Part shown: in pieces, positions 25,619-38,344 of the stretch
Layout of the letters: each line of letters begins with the position of its first letter
How positions within the stretch are numbered: the first letter of the stretch is position 1
Source: Mytilus edulis
Taxonomy: Eukaryota
Reading direction: 5' to 3'
DNA length: 64,000 bases
Assembly (NCBI RefSeq): GCF_963676685.1
Contig: NC_092356.1
Location: forward strand, 65,348,001 to 65,412,000
Notes under the pieces: model-generated
Databases searched by the model: none
Told to the model about the DNA's origin: nothing
What the model saw: the letters and a program-made list of their open reading frames with translations, nothing else
Made by a program: the position numbers and the translations under genes

Positions 25619-27275
25619 ATGACGACAAATCGTCAATTTTGCAGTATATGTGAACAACGTCATATCACTAAGCCTTCAAGCGACTGGTGTTCCGAATGTA
25701 ACCAAGCTCTATGTACCGAATGTAAAGATCTCCATTCAATTATCAAAGCTTTACAACATCATTCTTTGATACCAATGGCGAACTACCTATCTCTTGGTAC
25801 CTCTTTTTCTTTAGTTGAGGGACATTGTCCCTTACACGACGACAAATATCAACTGTTTTGTCAATCACATGACTGTTTACTCTGCCTTACGTGTTTAGAA
25901 GAACACATGACTTGTGAAAACGTGGTTCGTATCAGTAAGCTAACCAACGATGTAAAAACGTCTGAACATTTTATAAAAGCTAAGACGGGTGTATCGGAGA
26001 TCATACTAAAGTTTTCGAAATTACAAAACCATCTTGAGGAGAACTTAATTGACCTCAAGACAAAGAAAGAATCAGCACTTCGAGAAATAACTCAGATTAG
26101 AGAAAATATTAATAATCATCTAAATCAAATTGAAAGCGCTCTGAAAACAGAGCTATGTGAAATAGTTGATGATCAGTGCCACAGTGGTATTGATATGATT
26201 TTACAACAGGTTATAAAGGAGAAAGCGAATGTTGAACATTTTCAGCAACAGATTGAAGACCTCAGTAAATATGGATCAGATCTACAAACGTTCTTTGGCA
26301 TGCGAAAGATAATTGCAAAAACTGCCACCGCAAATCAGTACTTGCAGACATTCGCGGACGATGGTAAATTAGATAAAATGACATTTACCTGTTAAATCAA
26401 TAAGCTTATTCCAGACTTTCTTGCGTATGTAAAGAGTTTAGGAATAATCTAATTACAGACAATCTCTGGTCATATTACACTGGAAAGTGCAAAGAATACA
26501 GAGGCACAGTTGGTAGGTTCGGGTAACAAATCTATAAATGATATCAAACTCAGTTTGGTTCATACTATCAATCTAAGTGGAGAGTTTACTGGATGTTGTA
26601 TTCTTCCAGATGAAAAGATTGTGCTTTGCGATTGTAAAAATAACAGTGACTGTATACAAATATTGCATCCACATGGAGAACTCACTTTAAAAATCCCCAC
26701 AGCATCCAGCTTTCATTCGGATGTTACATATATTGATAACCAAACTGTAGCTGTATCATCAGATGTACAACAGCAAGTACATGTCATACAAAATCCATAA
26801 GATCCATCCCAACCCCTGATTCATGTTATGGAACAACGCACAAAGAGGGATCACTGCTATGCTGTATACAAGGGAAAGGCATACAAAGTATCAATCTTCC
26901 AAGTGAGAAAAGTACTACGATTGTAAACTGCAATCTTAGTCCATTGTCTTCTATTGCTTTTGTCGACCAAAGAATATTTTATACTAACCAAAAAAGAAAT
27001 ATTGTGACTTGCTGTGATATTAATACGGGTAATATCATCTGGACATTCAGAGACGCATCTGTTGTGAAGGATCTTCGTAGAATTGCAGTTGACAATGTAG
27101 AAAATGTTTACATTGCTAGTTACAGTAAAAATAAACTCGTTGTATTGTCTGTCGATGGACAACATCATAGGCAACTGCTATCGGTACAAGATGGACTATT
27201 AAAACCCTATGATACTATGATATTTGTTATGACAAAAACAAAAATCGTCTTTAGATTTTAAATCGAAAAAAGTTT
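25619..27275 (+). pseudogene. TRIM-like copy 3 (subfamily A), nonsense and frameshift pseudogene
   Basis: Near-identical to copy 2, but GAA>TAA at 26393, CAA>TAA near 26450, a 10-nt deletion near 26790 and a short duplication frameshift near 27210. The ORF pieces 25619..26395, 26510..26800 and 26944..27261 tile the protein. Confidence 0.9.
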
Positions 27276-29007
27276 TAAAACTTTTTTTAAACTATATGTT
27301 AATGAATAAAAATTAGTAGAATAACTTATGTGTAACATGCTGACAATTGTGTCTGCAAAAAACAAGGCAATTCATAGTTTGCTTAAATTTCTTATTATGA
27401 TTTATATCTCATAAAATTATTAGGCATAAGAGATAGTTGTACTAGTCGAACTCACAAAGAGCCTGTGTTGTTCACCTAGGTCTGTGTACATCTTTAACAA
27501 TGGACACTCTCTATTATACAACCAAGACAAAATATGTTTGTTGATCTTGTATTTGTGATTATTTATTCAGTATAGTATCTATCTATTTTCTGTTGTCTAT
27601 ACACAAACAGTTTTTTACATGTTTTACAGGAGCATTCACTCTTACATGTCATATCAACGAAAGTAAATAGTAAAAGTTGTCATGAACGAGCCAGAATATA
27701 CAGTAACGACTTACAATTTTCAATGGTTTACTCATTTGTAAGTTTTTTTTAATTTAAAGTGTTTATCTATCTACACAAGTTTTTAAGGTAAAAAGCAAAA
27801 CACTAAAAAGGGGAATAAACCGTTGATAAAGAGCTATAACCCCAATAAGGAGTCGACTTTGACTATGTTGGCTTATCTGTATATCTTGTCTTTTGCTTAT
27901 ATATGTATAGGGCAAAATTTACTGTAAAAGGCCTTCTGATTTGTGTATGTAAATGAACATAAGGGAGATCATAACATTCTTAAAATTTCTTCCGATTCAG
28001 ATATTCTCTATTTATAATCGTTTTCAAGATAATAGACAAAACTTACGTTTCTGATCAACAAGACAATCTAAAAATAAGTCCCTATAAATGGGGAATAAAA
28101 CGTCAGTAAAGGACAATAACTCTAACAAGGAGTTGACCTTGACTATGGCTCTAAATAATTCCTTCGCGATATCGTGTGTTTCAATGATAAGGTCTTAAAA
28201 TATATTGTGCAAAAGAGCTAGTTATTAAACTTTTGAATAAAATGATCAAACTCGTTAATCTGACTCTGTTCCGATAAAGTTGAAAAAGTGATAAATAAAA
28301 CATAACCAGAAGCTGAATCCATCTGGCTTGAACAAGTCAATTAAGTTTGAATATTAAAATGTATACGTATCTATTGATATTTATTTTAAATCTCTCAAAT
28401 ATGTAATGAAAATATCTCGTTATCTGGTACACCTGTTATCTGTCATATGACAAATGAACCTCTTTTTTGACATTGAAAGCGTGACTTTTCAAACGTTATA
28501 ATTCAGGTATATTTATTATTTACTTTTTTATTAAGTGTGTGTGAAAGAAAGAAAAGTTTGTTTCAGTTTTAAAAAGTGTATCAAAACTATTTCATATGTG
28601 ACTTTGTCATGCGATTTTTGTGTGTACGAGGTATCAAGTGTGAAACCCTCAATTTAAAAAAAAGATACGTTGTCAATTTATTACGAAAGTTTCGTTGAAA
28701 TAACAATGATGCTTGGTTTAGTGTGTGTGCTTGTTTTGATATTAAAAAGAATGCATGTCAAATATTTTGATTGAAACATATTTGATTATAAAATGCAAAC
28801 GGTGACCTGTAGTTGTTAATTTCTGTGTCATTTGGCAATCATACCACTTCTGTTTATAATCATTCCGATGCACACAATTCATAGAACTTTTCACAATTAC
28901 AGCTGTTTGTCTTATCATATTTTCCTGTCTTTGAAAAAATCCCAAACAAATGATTTTCGATACTAGAATTGTTAACGCCGTTTATGTACCTCTCAATTCT
29001 TTCAGCC

Positions 29008-30826
29008 ATGACAAAAAATCTTAAATTGTGCGGTATATGTGATCAACGTCATATCACAAAGCCTTCAAGCGACTTGTGTTCCGAATGAAACCAAGCTCTG
29101 TGTACCGAATGCGAAGATTTCCATTCCCTGTCAAAAGCTTCACAAAACCATTCAACGATAGCGATATCAAATCATTTAGCTCTTGACTCATTTTCCCACG
29201 TCAAGGGGCACTGCCCTGTACATGACGAAAAGTACGTACTTTTTTGTCAAACGCATGATTGTTTACTCTACCTGACGTGTCTAGAGGAACACGTGAAGTG
29301 TGAAGACGTCGTTCGTATCAGCAAGTTAACCAAAGATGTCAAAACTTCCGAAAGTTTGCTCGACAATCAAAAAAGTCTATCAAACATCATATTGAACCTT
29401 GCAAAAATACAATGTCATCTCGAGGAAAATGTATGCGATATATAGCAACAGAAAGAATCAATTCTCCGGGAAATATCTCAGATTAGGGAAAAGATCGACA
29501 GTCATCTTGATAAAATGGAACGCGATCTGAAAACAGAATTATGTAAAGAGGTTGATAATGAACGCAATAACACTGGTGGAAGAAAATTGGTACCGTTAAT
29601 TTTATCTGTAAAACTCTGGAAGACATTCAAAGAAAGAAAACAAATATAGAAAAATGTCAGCAGCAAATGGATGACCTGAATAGATATGGATCAGATCTCC
29701 AAACATTCTTTAGTTTGCAGGAGATAACAAAAGGCAACAGTAGTATACCGCTGTTCAAAACTCATAAATCCATGGACAAAAAACAAAATCGGGGTAACAA
29801 ACTAAAACCGAGGGAAACGCATTAAATAACAGCCAGGACAAATACAGCTGATCAGTATTTACACACATTAGTGGACGGTAGTAGCTTGAATAGAGTGTTG
29901 ATGTCTTGTGAAATTGAAAGAAAGATTTGATTTCAGAATTCGTTGAAGACGTAGCGAGAATAGGAACCATACAGGTGCAGACAGTTCCGAGTCAACTTAT
30001 CCTAGAGAGATCAAAGGACAAACAGGCACAGTTAGCAGGAGTGAGAAACAAATCTATAAATGATATAAAGCTGAAGTTGGTGCATACTATCAAATTACAT
30101 GCAGGTGTTGCAGGATGTTGTTTTCTTCTAGACGGAAAGCTGGTTCTTTGCGATCGTTCAAAGAAAATCTTTGAAAAGATATTACTTCCACAAGGAGAAA
30201 TGTCGTTCGAAATTTCTATGTCGCCCAGTTATGCTTTCGATGTAACATGTATTGACCCCGAAACTTTAGCTGTATCGTCAGACCACCATTATTACAAGCA
30301 AATAAATATCATCAATGTGGACACAAAATTGAGGAGGTCATTACGTACCGAACATGAATGTTATGAAATTGCACACAAAGATGGATCAATTATTGTGTGC
30401 GTCAATGGTAAAGGAGTACAAAAAGTCAATACCCATAGTGCGGCAAGTACGACGATTGAACCGTATAAATTAAGTTCATGGTCTTACATTGATTCCAGTG
30501 ACAATAAACTATATTATACTAATAAAAGTGACCATACTGTTACATGTTGTGATATGGTAGGTAATATTATCTGGACATTCAAAGACGAGAAGATTTTGCA
30601 GGATACTTATTGTATTGCAGTTGACAATGTTGGAAATGTTTATACTGTCAATAGAAGGAAAAAAAAACTGATTGTGTTGTCTGCCGACCGACAACAAAGT
30701 CGACAATTTTTGTCAAAAGTTGACGGACTTCGTGAGCCATGTGCAATAGCTTATGACAAAATCAAAAATCGTCTTTGCGTTGCAAGTTATGACACAAATA
30801 TATTTTTGTTTGGCGTTATATTTTGA
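29008..30826 (+). pseudogene. TRIM-like copy 4 (subfamily B), 5' half disrupted, propeller half still open (29927..30826)
   Basis: ttcag|cc|ATG at 29008 reads MTKNLKLCGICDQRHITKPSSDLCSE* (TGA at 29086). A second stop lies near 29443, a short foreign insert near 29575-29605 and a reversed SINE-like insert near 29727-29830. The 299-aa ORF matches the propellers of copies 5, 7 and 8. Confidence 0.88.
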
Positions 30827-31685
30827 GAAGTGATTAAAACATAAAATCCCAGTGAGCTTTATGATGATTTTATGTGTATGTACATGATTTAAGGAGATGT
30901 GTGTAATTTATCTTGGTATGAATAAAAGCATTCCCTTATTGTCGTATTTATGTTATTTATCCAAATAAAAAAAACAAGAATACTACCAGGAATGAAGAAA
31001 CAAGAGATCAAAGAGAAATTTTAATGTCAGCATTCAATTATACAATAGCATACCATATTTTCGACTAATTGACAGAGTAATATTCTATTGGTCCAATGAA
31101 AGTTACGTTCAAAACAAACAGACAGGCACAATTATACTTAATGGTTAATTGTTGATTGTTTTAGATAATGGCAGGATATTTCAACATGTTTTGTAAGTAG
31201 CGTTCAAAAGGAAAGGAAAGTATGTAACTGAAAGCTGTCTTTTCCGAAGTATTGAACAATTCTATCATTTTGTTTAGTTTCTAATTCAAAAATGGTGTTT
31301 TTTCCTGTATAATCCATACAAAATGTGTCATTTTGTCACGTCCTGTAGCTTGAGAAAATGCGCGGTGACCTATTTTTATTATATTTTTCAACATATATCA
31401 ATAGATACTAGGTTTTGGCAAAGTATGAACAAATTCTATCATTTTTATTTTAGACTCCCATACCACCTTAAGAGTTATTTCCCTTAACTTAAGTCTACCT
31501 CCTTAAATCTCTTACAATTGTAATGTACCGAACTTTTCAACCACACTCTCCTGTAAAGCCTCATTTCGACTAACATTATATTATAACGATAAAGAAATCA
31601 CAATTAGCAAGTTAATTGACCACAATATAATTTCTTAGTACAGTGTAATTAAATTGTGATTATTGTCTCAAATTTTTTTTCAGCA

Positions 31686-33356
31686 ATGACATCAAATCCT
31701 AAATTTTGCAGTATATGTGATCAACGCCATATCACAAAGCCTTCAAGTGACTGGTGTTCCGAATGTAATCAAGCTCTGTGTACCGAATGCAAAGATTTCC
31801 ATGCACTGTCAAAAGCATCACAAAACCATTCAACGATAACGATACCGAACTATTTAGCTCTTGAATCCTCTTTTTCCGAAGTCAAGGGACACTGCTCTGT
31901 ACACGACGACAAATACCAATTGTTTTGCCAATTTCATGACTGTTTACTCTGCCTTACATGTCTAGAGGACCACACAAAGTGTAGAGACGTCGTTCGCATC
32001 AGCAAGTTAACCAAAGATGTCAAAACTTCCGAAAGTTTCGTCGACACTCAAAAGAGTCTATCAGACATCTTATTGAACCTTTCAAAAATACAAAGTCATC
32101 TCGAGGAAAATTTATGCGATATAAAGAAACAAAAAATGTCAATTCTCCGAAAAATAGCTCAGATGAGGGGAAAGATAAACAGCCATCTTGATAAAATCGA
32201 ACACGCTCTGAAAACAGAATTAGATACAGAGGTTGATAATCAGTGCGATAACACTATTGGTGAGACTGTGGAAGACATTAAAAGAAAGAAAATAGATATA
32301 GAAAAATATCAGCAACAAATGGATGACCTGAATAAATATGGATCAGATCACCAAACGTTGTTTAGCTTACGGGAGATAACACCAAAGGCGGATACCTTCG
32401 ATCAGTACTTACAGACATTAGTTGACGATAGTAGCTTGAATAGAGTGTCGATTGCATGCAAAATTGATAGAAAGATTTCAGGATTCATTAAAGAAGTAGC
32501 AAGTTTAGGAACAATTCAGGTGCAGAAAATTCCGATAAACCTTAACTTAAAAAGATTAAAGGACAAACAGGCACAGTTAGTAGGTGTTAAAAACAAATCT
32601 ATTAATGATATCAAGCTCAAGTTGGTGCAAACTATCAAACTAGATGCAAGTGTCACCGGATGTTGTTTTCTTCCTGACGGAAAAATTGTTCTTTGTGATC
32701 GTTCACGTAATAACTATCTGAGAATATTACATCCACATGGAGCATTGATGTTTGAAACTTCAATGTCGCCCAGTTTTGCTTTTGATGTAGCATATATTGA
32801 TGACAAAACTTTGGCTGTATCATCAGACAACAGCCAAAACAAGCAAATAAATATCATCAACATAAATACAAAGGCAATAACGTCCATCCGTACTGAAGAT
32901 ATATGTCATGGAATTACACATAAAGATGGATCACTAATAGTTTGTGTTAAAGGAAAAGGAATCCAAAGTATCAATATCCAAAATGAGAAAAGTACTACGA
33001 TTGTACCATGTGATTTAAGTCATTATTCATTTATTGTTTCCAGTGACAATAAACTATTCTATACGAACAGAAAAGACAACACCGTAACATGTTGTGATAT
33101 GGCAGGTAATATTATCTGGACATTTAAAGACGAGAATGTGTTGACGGATCCTCGTGGTATAGCAGTTGATAGTACCGGAAATGTTTATACTGTCAGTTAC
33201 GATAAACATACACTAATTGTGCTGTCTGCCGACGGACGAAAAAGTCGACAACTCTTATCAAAAGACGACAGACTTCACAATCTGAATGCTTTAGATTATG
33301 ACAAAAGCAGAAATCGTATTTTTGTTTCAAATCTTGTCTGGCAAAACAGCTGTTAG
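31686..33356 (+). CDS. RING-less TRIM-like protein, copy 5 (subfamily B); last ~10 residues replaced by foreign sequence
   Basis: True start inferred at ATG 31686 (tttttttcag|ca|ATG), in frame with the track ORF 31656..33356. Full B-box/CC/propeller. Ends NLVWQNSC* instead of the family NLxNxGYLFDVxF*. Confidence 0.85.
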   Translation: MTSNPKFCSICDQRHITKPSSDWCSECNQALCTECKDFHALSKASQNHSTITIPNYLALESSFSEVKGHCSVHDDKYQLFCQFHDCLLCLTCLEDHTKCRDVVRISKLTKDVKTSESFVDTQKSLSDILLNLSKIQSHLEENLCDIKKQKMSILRKIAQMRGKINSHLDKIEHALKTELDTEVDNQCDNTIGETVEDIKRKKIDIEKYQQQMDDLNKYGSDHQTLFSLREITPKADTFDQYLQTLVDDSSLNRVSIACKIDRKISGFIKEVASLGTIQVQKIPINLNLKRLKDKQAQLVGVKNKSINDIKLKLVQTIKLDASVTGCCFLPDGKIVLCDRSRNNYLRILHPHGALMFETSMSPSFAFDVAYIDDKTLAVSSDNSQNKQINIININTKAITSIRTEDICHGITHKDGSLIVCVKGKGIQSINIQNEKSTTIVPCDLSHYSFIVSSDNKLFYTNRKDNTVTCCDMAGNIIWTFKDENVLTDPRGIAVDSTGNVYTVSYDKHTLIVLSADGRKSRQLLSKDDRLHNLNALDYDKSRNRIFVSNLVWQNSC

Positions 33357-36235
33357 ACGTCAGAGTAATCTCGGACTAGATCGGGGTGACTATAATAAAC
33401 TACGTTATATGTTTTTGTTTAACTATTAACACATGAACAGTCCGACCATTCATCCTTATCGTGTTGAAAGTAATAGTATGTCCCGTTAATTAGTTTCATT
33501 GTTGGACACTTTTATTCAACGCTTAGAAAAATTAACTTAAATCACGTTCTGGAAATAGTTCATTGCATAGAAAGCAATCTCGAGCTGTTTCTTTGTGAAT
33601 CATTTTAAGACATCACTAACCGTGTCATATATCTAAATAAATGACAATGTTCTTAAAATATATCATGAGAAAAAGTGTCTATTGATTTTCTTAATTGAAA
33701 AAAGATAAACAAATCAATTGAGCTCTGATGATATAAATTTAAAATTTAAATGAAAATAGAAAATTAGAAGTTGACTCTATATTTCTCTACTAAAATATGT
33801 AAAATAGCAGTTTTTTATGCTTAATCGAAAACAATAATTTCCTAAATTGTAAATCTCGTTAGTATAAAGTTAGAATATCACACGATCTAGTACACGTTTA
33901 CCTATCATATGTAAAATATATTTCTTGGCTGACATTCAATGGGTGACTTTCCAATGGTAAAATCAAGGTAAATTTATTTTTTACTTTTAAAAATTCAATG
34001 TACGTGTGTGTGTGTTTGTGCTTGTGACATTTTGGAGTATAGTTTTGGTATCACTTTTTGGATAATTTCCTGGCTTTAGCCTGATCATTCTGATCGTTGA
34101 ATATTGTAAAATGTTACTAGCAATGAGATTCCATGTTTATTATGTAACTATTGTGAAAATGGGCTTTATTGAAACAATAAATCCTATCACACCATTATGA
34201 CTGATCCGTTGAAATAACAGTGCTGGAACTTATTGTTTATGTATTTGAGCAAAAAAGAGCGATACATAGCAACGTTTTGATTTATTTGATAGAAATATGT
34301 TTAATTCGTGTCGAGTAGTTTTCAAACGCCTATTTGAAACAAATTTCAAATGTATCCTGTATTGTGTGAAGTTTAAACAAACACATTAGGTTGCTAAGAT
34401 AAACATCCTATTCTTATTATTTGATACACAACAAACTGTTCTTTGTTCTTTTCTTTTTATATATATCTTCCATATTGATGAAATGCAGCTTTTCACTTTT
34501 ATGTTATTTAAGTAAGTTTGATTAATATTGTTAAATGATCCATGTCCCTATCCTTGCTAACGCGTGAAGCATAACAGTTTACAAACAAACATTTTAATGT
34601 TTATACATTTAAATACGTTGAAATGATTTTAACGATGCATGACTTATAAAAAATCAATGAATTTGTATTATTTTACTTTTCACTTTCATACCCTTTTTTA
34701 TATATATACATGTCAATACATGCAATACAAATAATACTTTATTCAATTTAGCGACGCCTTATGTAAAATATTTGCAGTAAAATAGGTATACACTTTTCGT
34801 CACGACGAGGAAACCCTTAGATGTCCGTTTACTTATGGGAAATTTGCAATCCAAAAAACTTTTAAATTAGTAAGTGTTTGATTTTACCTTTAATTTTTAC
34901 ATAATATTTCATAAACTTGCTTTTACGTATTACATTTTTAATCTACCATCAACACTTATCTTGTGACCTCTTGCGACCTTTATTACGTATGTAGTATTGT
35001 TGCTGTTCTATAAGAATATATCGACGAGTCATCGACATTTTGTGTATTTGAAGACAGATCGTTATGCCTATCCTCATCTATTATCAACTTAACAGAAAAT
35101 GTAGCAGTAACGAAATGACAAAAAACCGTGTACTATTCTAAATAAACTATATAGAAAGTTTCAAATAGCTCTTAAAAAAGTAAGATTTTCTATGATTAAG
35201 ATAAACACAATGCATTCAATTGCTACTCTTCCTAGGATTGCCAATATTTTCCCGGTAAACTTTCAGAACCATTTATACTTTAAATCAAATATATCTTTCA
35301 CACTTTTCAGAGATGACGACGAATCCTAGATTTTGCAGTATATGTGACCAACGCCATATCACAAAGCCCTCAAGTGATTGGTGTTCCGAATGTAACCAAG
35401 CTCTATGTACCGAATGTAAAGATCTCCATGCAATTATCAAAGCTTTACAACATCATTCTTTGGTTCCAATAGCAAACTACCTATCTCTTGGTACCTCTTT
35501 TTCTTTAGTTGAGGGACATTGTCCCTTACACGACGACAAATATCAACTGTTTTGTCAATCACATGACTGTTTATTCTGTCTTACGTGTTTAGAAGAACAC
35601 ACGACTTGTGAAAACGTGGTTCGTATCAGTAAGCTTACCAAAGATGTAAAAACGTCTGAACATTTTATAAAGCTAAGACGGATGTATCGGAGATCATACT
35701 AAAGTTTTCGAAATTACAAAACCATCTTGAGGAGAACTTAATTAAACTCAAGACAAAGAAAGAATCAGCACTTCGAGAAATAACTCAGATTAGAGAAAAT
35801 ATGAATAATCATCTAAATCAAATTGAAAGCGCTCTGAAAACAGAACTATGTGAACTAGTTGATGATCAGTGCCACCATGATATTGATATGACTTTACAAG
35901 AGGTTATAAAGGAGAAAGCGAATGTTGAACATTTCCAGCAACAGATGGAAGACCTCTGTAAATATGGATCAGATCTACAAACGTTCTTCGGCATGCGAAA
36001 GATAATTGCAAAATCTGCCACCGCAAATCAGTACTTACAGACATTGGCGGACGATGGTAAATTAGATAAAATGACATTAACCTGTGAAATCAATAAGCAT
36101 ATTACAGACTTCCTTGCGGATGTAAAAAGTTTAGGAATAATCCAATTAAAGACAATTCCGGGTCAGGTTATATTGGAAACTGCAAAGAATACAGAGGTAC
36201 AGTTGGTAGGTTCGGGAAACAAATCTATAAGTGAT

Positions 36236-38344
36236 TTACAGATTTCTTTTCTGATATTGCTAGTGGGTTAATTTTATGAATGCGTTCAATAAAACAGTAA
36301 CTTTTTCTAGATTCTAAACCAGTTACTGCTAGCAAACTAATGCGTGTTTACATGGAGGTGCTGGATATTATTAATGTTATTTTTTTATGTGAATTGGGAC
36401 ACAGATTTACCGAATTTTAAGAACTATCACATAAATATTAAAGAGACTATGGCTATTGTGTTGTCCTCGATGAGATGGGGACAGTTGTGGGTTTATAGAC
36501 GTGTTGTCGTATCTACACACAACATGACTACAAAATGCACCATTAACAAAGGTAGTTCTAGAAACAAAACTTTAATGACTCAGTTTAGAGAACTTTGCCG
36601 GTTGTCGGCTGCTTCCAATTTTGACATCAGAGCCAAATGTATCAGTGGTCGTAATAAAGTTATTGATGACGCCGCGTCAAGACTTCATGAACCAGGACAG
36701 TTATCAAGGCTTTCTGGTAAACTTGTGAGCCACTTATTTTATATACCGTTTACGACTATCGAGGTACTAAATCACATATTTTTTTCACTTTTTTAATTCC
36801 AGATGGAGAAACAATGGAAACACAAATGAATGTTGGAGAACAGCGTGGTTCGCTTGAAAAGCGAGGGGTGGGCTAGTTCAATTTCAGGATTTTACCATAC
36901 CCATCTTAAGCCAAATTATGACCTAAAACCATTGCCAAGCACTACCAACACTGTAGAACTTTACATTGCTTTTCTTGTGGATGTGAACAACTTTGCGTTT
37001 AGCTCGATACGATCGTACTTGAACATTATTTCTGTGCTGTATAAATCGCACGACAAACCGGATCCTATTGCAAGCTGTTGGAATGTCCGACATTTACTAA
37101 CTGGTGTCAAACGGGAACTTGGTACCAGTCAAAATTGTAAAACACCTGTTACGCCAGAACTGTTGTTAAGATTTAAGTCAATTTTAAATCTTGAATGTCC
37201 TATTAATATTATTTTTTGGGCTGCTTGCCTTACAGGTTTTTATGTTTTTTTGCGACCAAACAAATTTTTAGTCAAAGGTCCTTTTGATCGAGAAATCAAT
37301 TTCCGAAGGGTAGATGTGCTGCCTTGAGACTGGGATATGTGTGTAACGCTCAAAATAACTAAGACGCTGCGGTTTCATTCTAAGCTTATTGAGGTAATTC
37401 TCCCTTTGTTACGGGGTCACCAGCTTTGTCCGTATGAAGATTTATCCCGTGTGCTGCCTTACCTGGAGATCCCTTAGATCCTTTATTTAGTTCGTCTGAC
37501 AAAAGATGTTTGTCTTATACTGTTTGTCTCCAATGCCTTCGTTTTTTTATTACAACACCTTGGCTGTAATCCTCAAAAATATAGGGGATACTCTTTTCGT
37601 AGGGGTGCTGCCACTTGGGCAGGATCTATAGGTCTTTCAGACAGTGACAATACATTGTTAGGTTATTGGTCAAGTGATTGTTTTTACGCTATATTGATTC
37701 TAATAGAGACCAGCGTCTCAAAGCCATGACATTACCTTCTTTTTAACAACTACCCCCTTCTTGTTTGGGTTTGGGGTTATATTTTTATTATGTCATGTAT
37801 CATGTACAAGGGTGGTGTTAGGTTTGGGGTTACCAGTGCAAGCTAATAAAATTGCTATTATTATATTATTGTTGTTATCTTAGACACCCTTGTCACATCT
37901 GCTTGTCAATTAGCTAGTAAGGTAAAGTGTAATTTAGGATAAATGTAGTTTTAACCACGTGTATTAGTATCACAGGGTTAGCTAGCCTTGAGACGACCTC
38001 CACTAATGCGCAGCTTCGCAGAGGTAGTGACCACATTGCATTGTGATCAGCTTCGTAAGCATGCAAGCACGTTTTTTCTTAAGCCCCGCCTACCCTCCCA
38101 GTAGTTTTACTAAGTGTGTTGTGGTATTTTGCTTTGCTTATTTTTGAATATTTTTTGTAGTTGAGTATTTGTAATACTTATTGTTTTATTGTATGGGGTT
38201 ATATTTTATATTATGTCATATATCATGTACAAGAGGGGTGTTAGGCTTTGGGTTACCAAGGAAATAAAATTGCCATTATTATATTATTGTTGTTATCTTA
38301 GACAGCCTTGTTATATCTGCTTGTCAATTAACCAGTGCGGTAAA
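36236..38344 (+). mobile_element. Second copy of the same truncated Ngaro/PAT-type element
   Basis: ORFs 36344..36796 (RNase H: HINIKE, ISGRNKVIDDAASR) and 36830..37327 (YR N-half); GYSFRRGAATWA near 37586. B1 ~37773-37926 and B2 ~38195-38344. Junctions are identical to those of the first copy. Confidence 0.88.

Larger units (their letters stand above)
13995..27275 (+). repeat. Tandem segmental duplication: ~13995-20400 versus ~21255-27275 (offset ~6.9-7.3 kb), each with upstream region, gap and one subfamily-A gene
   Basis: Colinear near-identity from caccgtaaagccttcaacaactgacaaag (14013/21255) through both genes. Confidence 0.92.

Noticed and set aside
27450-28330. Possible second decayed Helentron-type element with a ~280-bp internal repeat
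   Set aside because: Only a diverged direct repeat (27830 vs 28090) is visible and the termini cannot be defined.
31656-31685. N-terminal extensions on copy 5 and copy 7 (43601..43666) resembling signal peptides
   Set aside because: They start at non-ATG codons and translate the polypyrimidine tract of the intron. The conserved start is the ATG after the acceptor.
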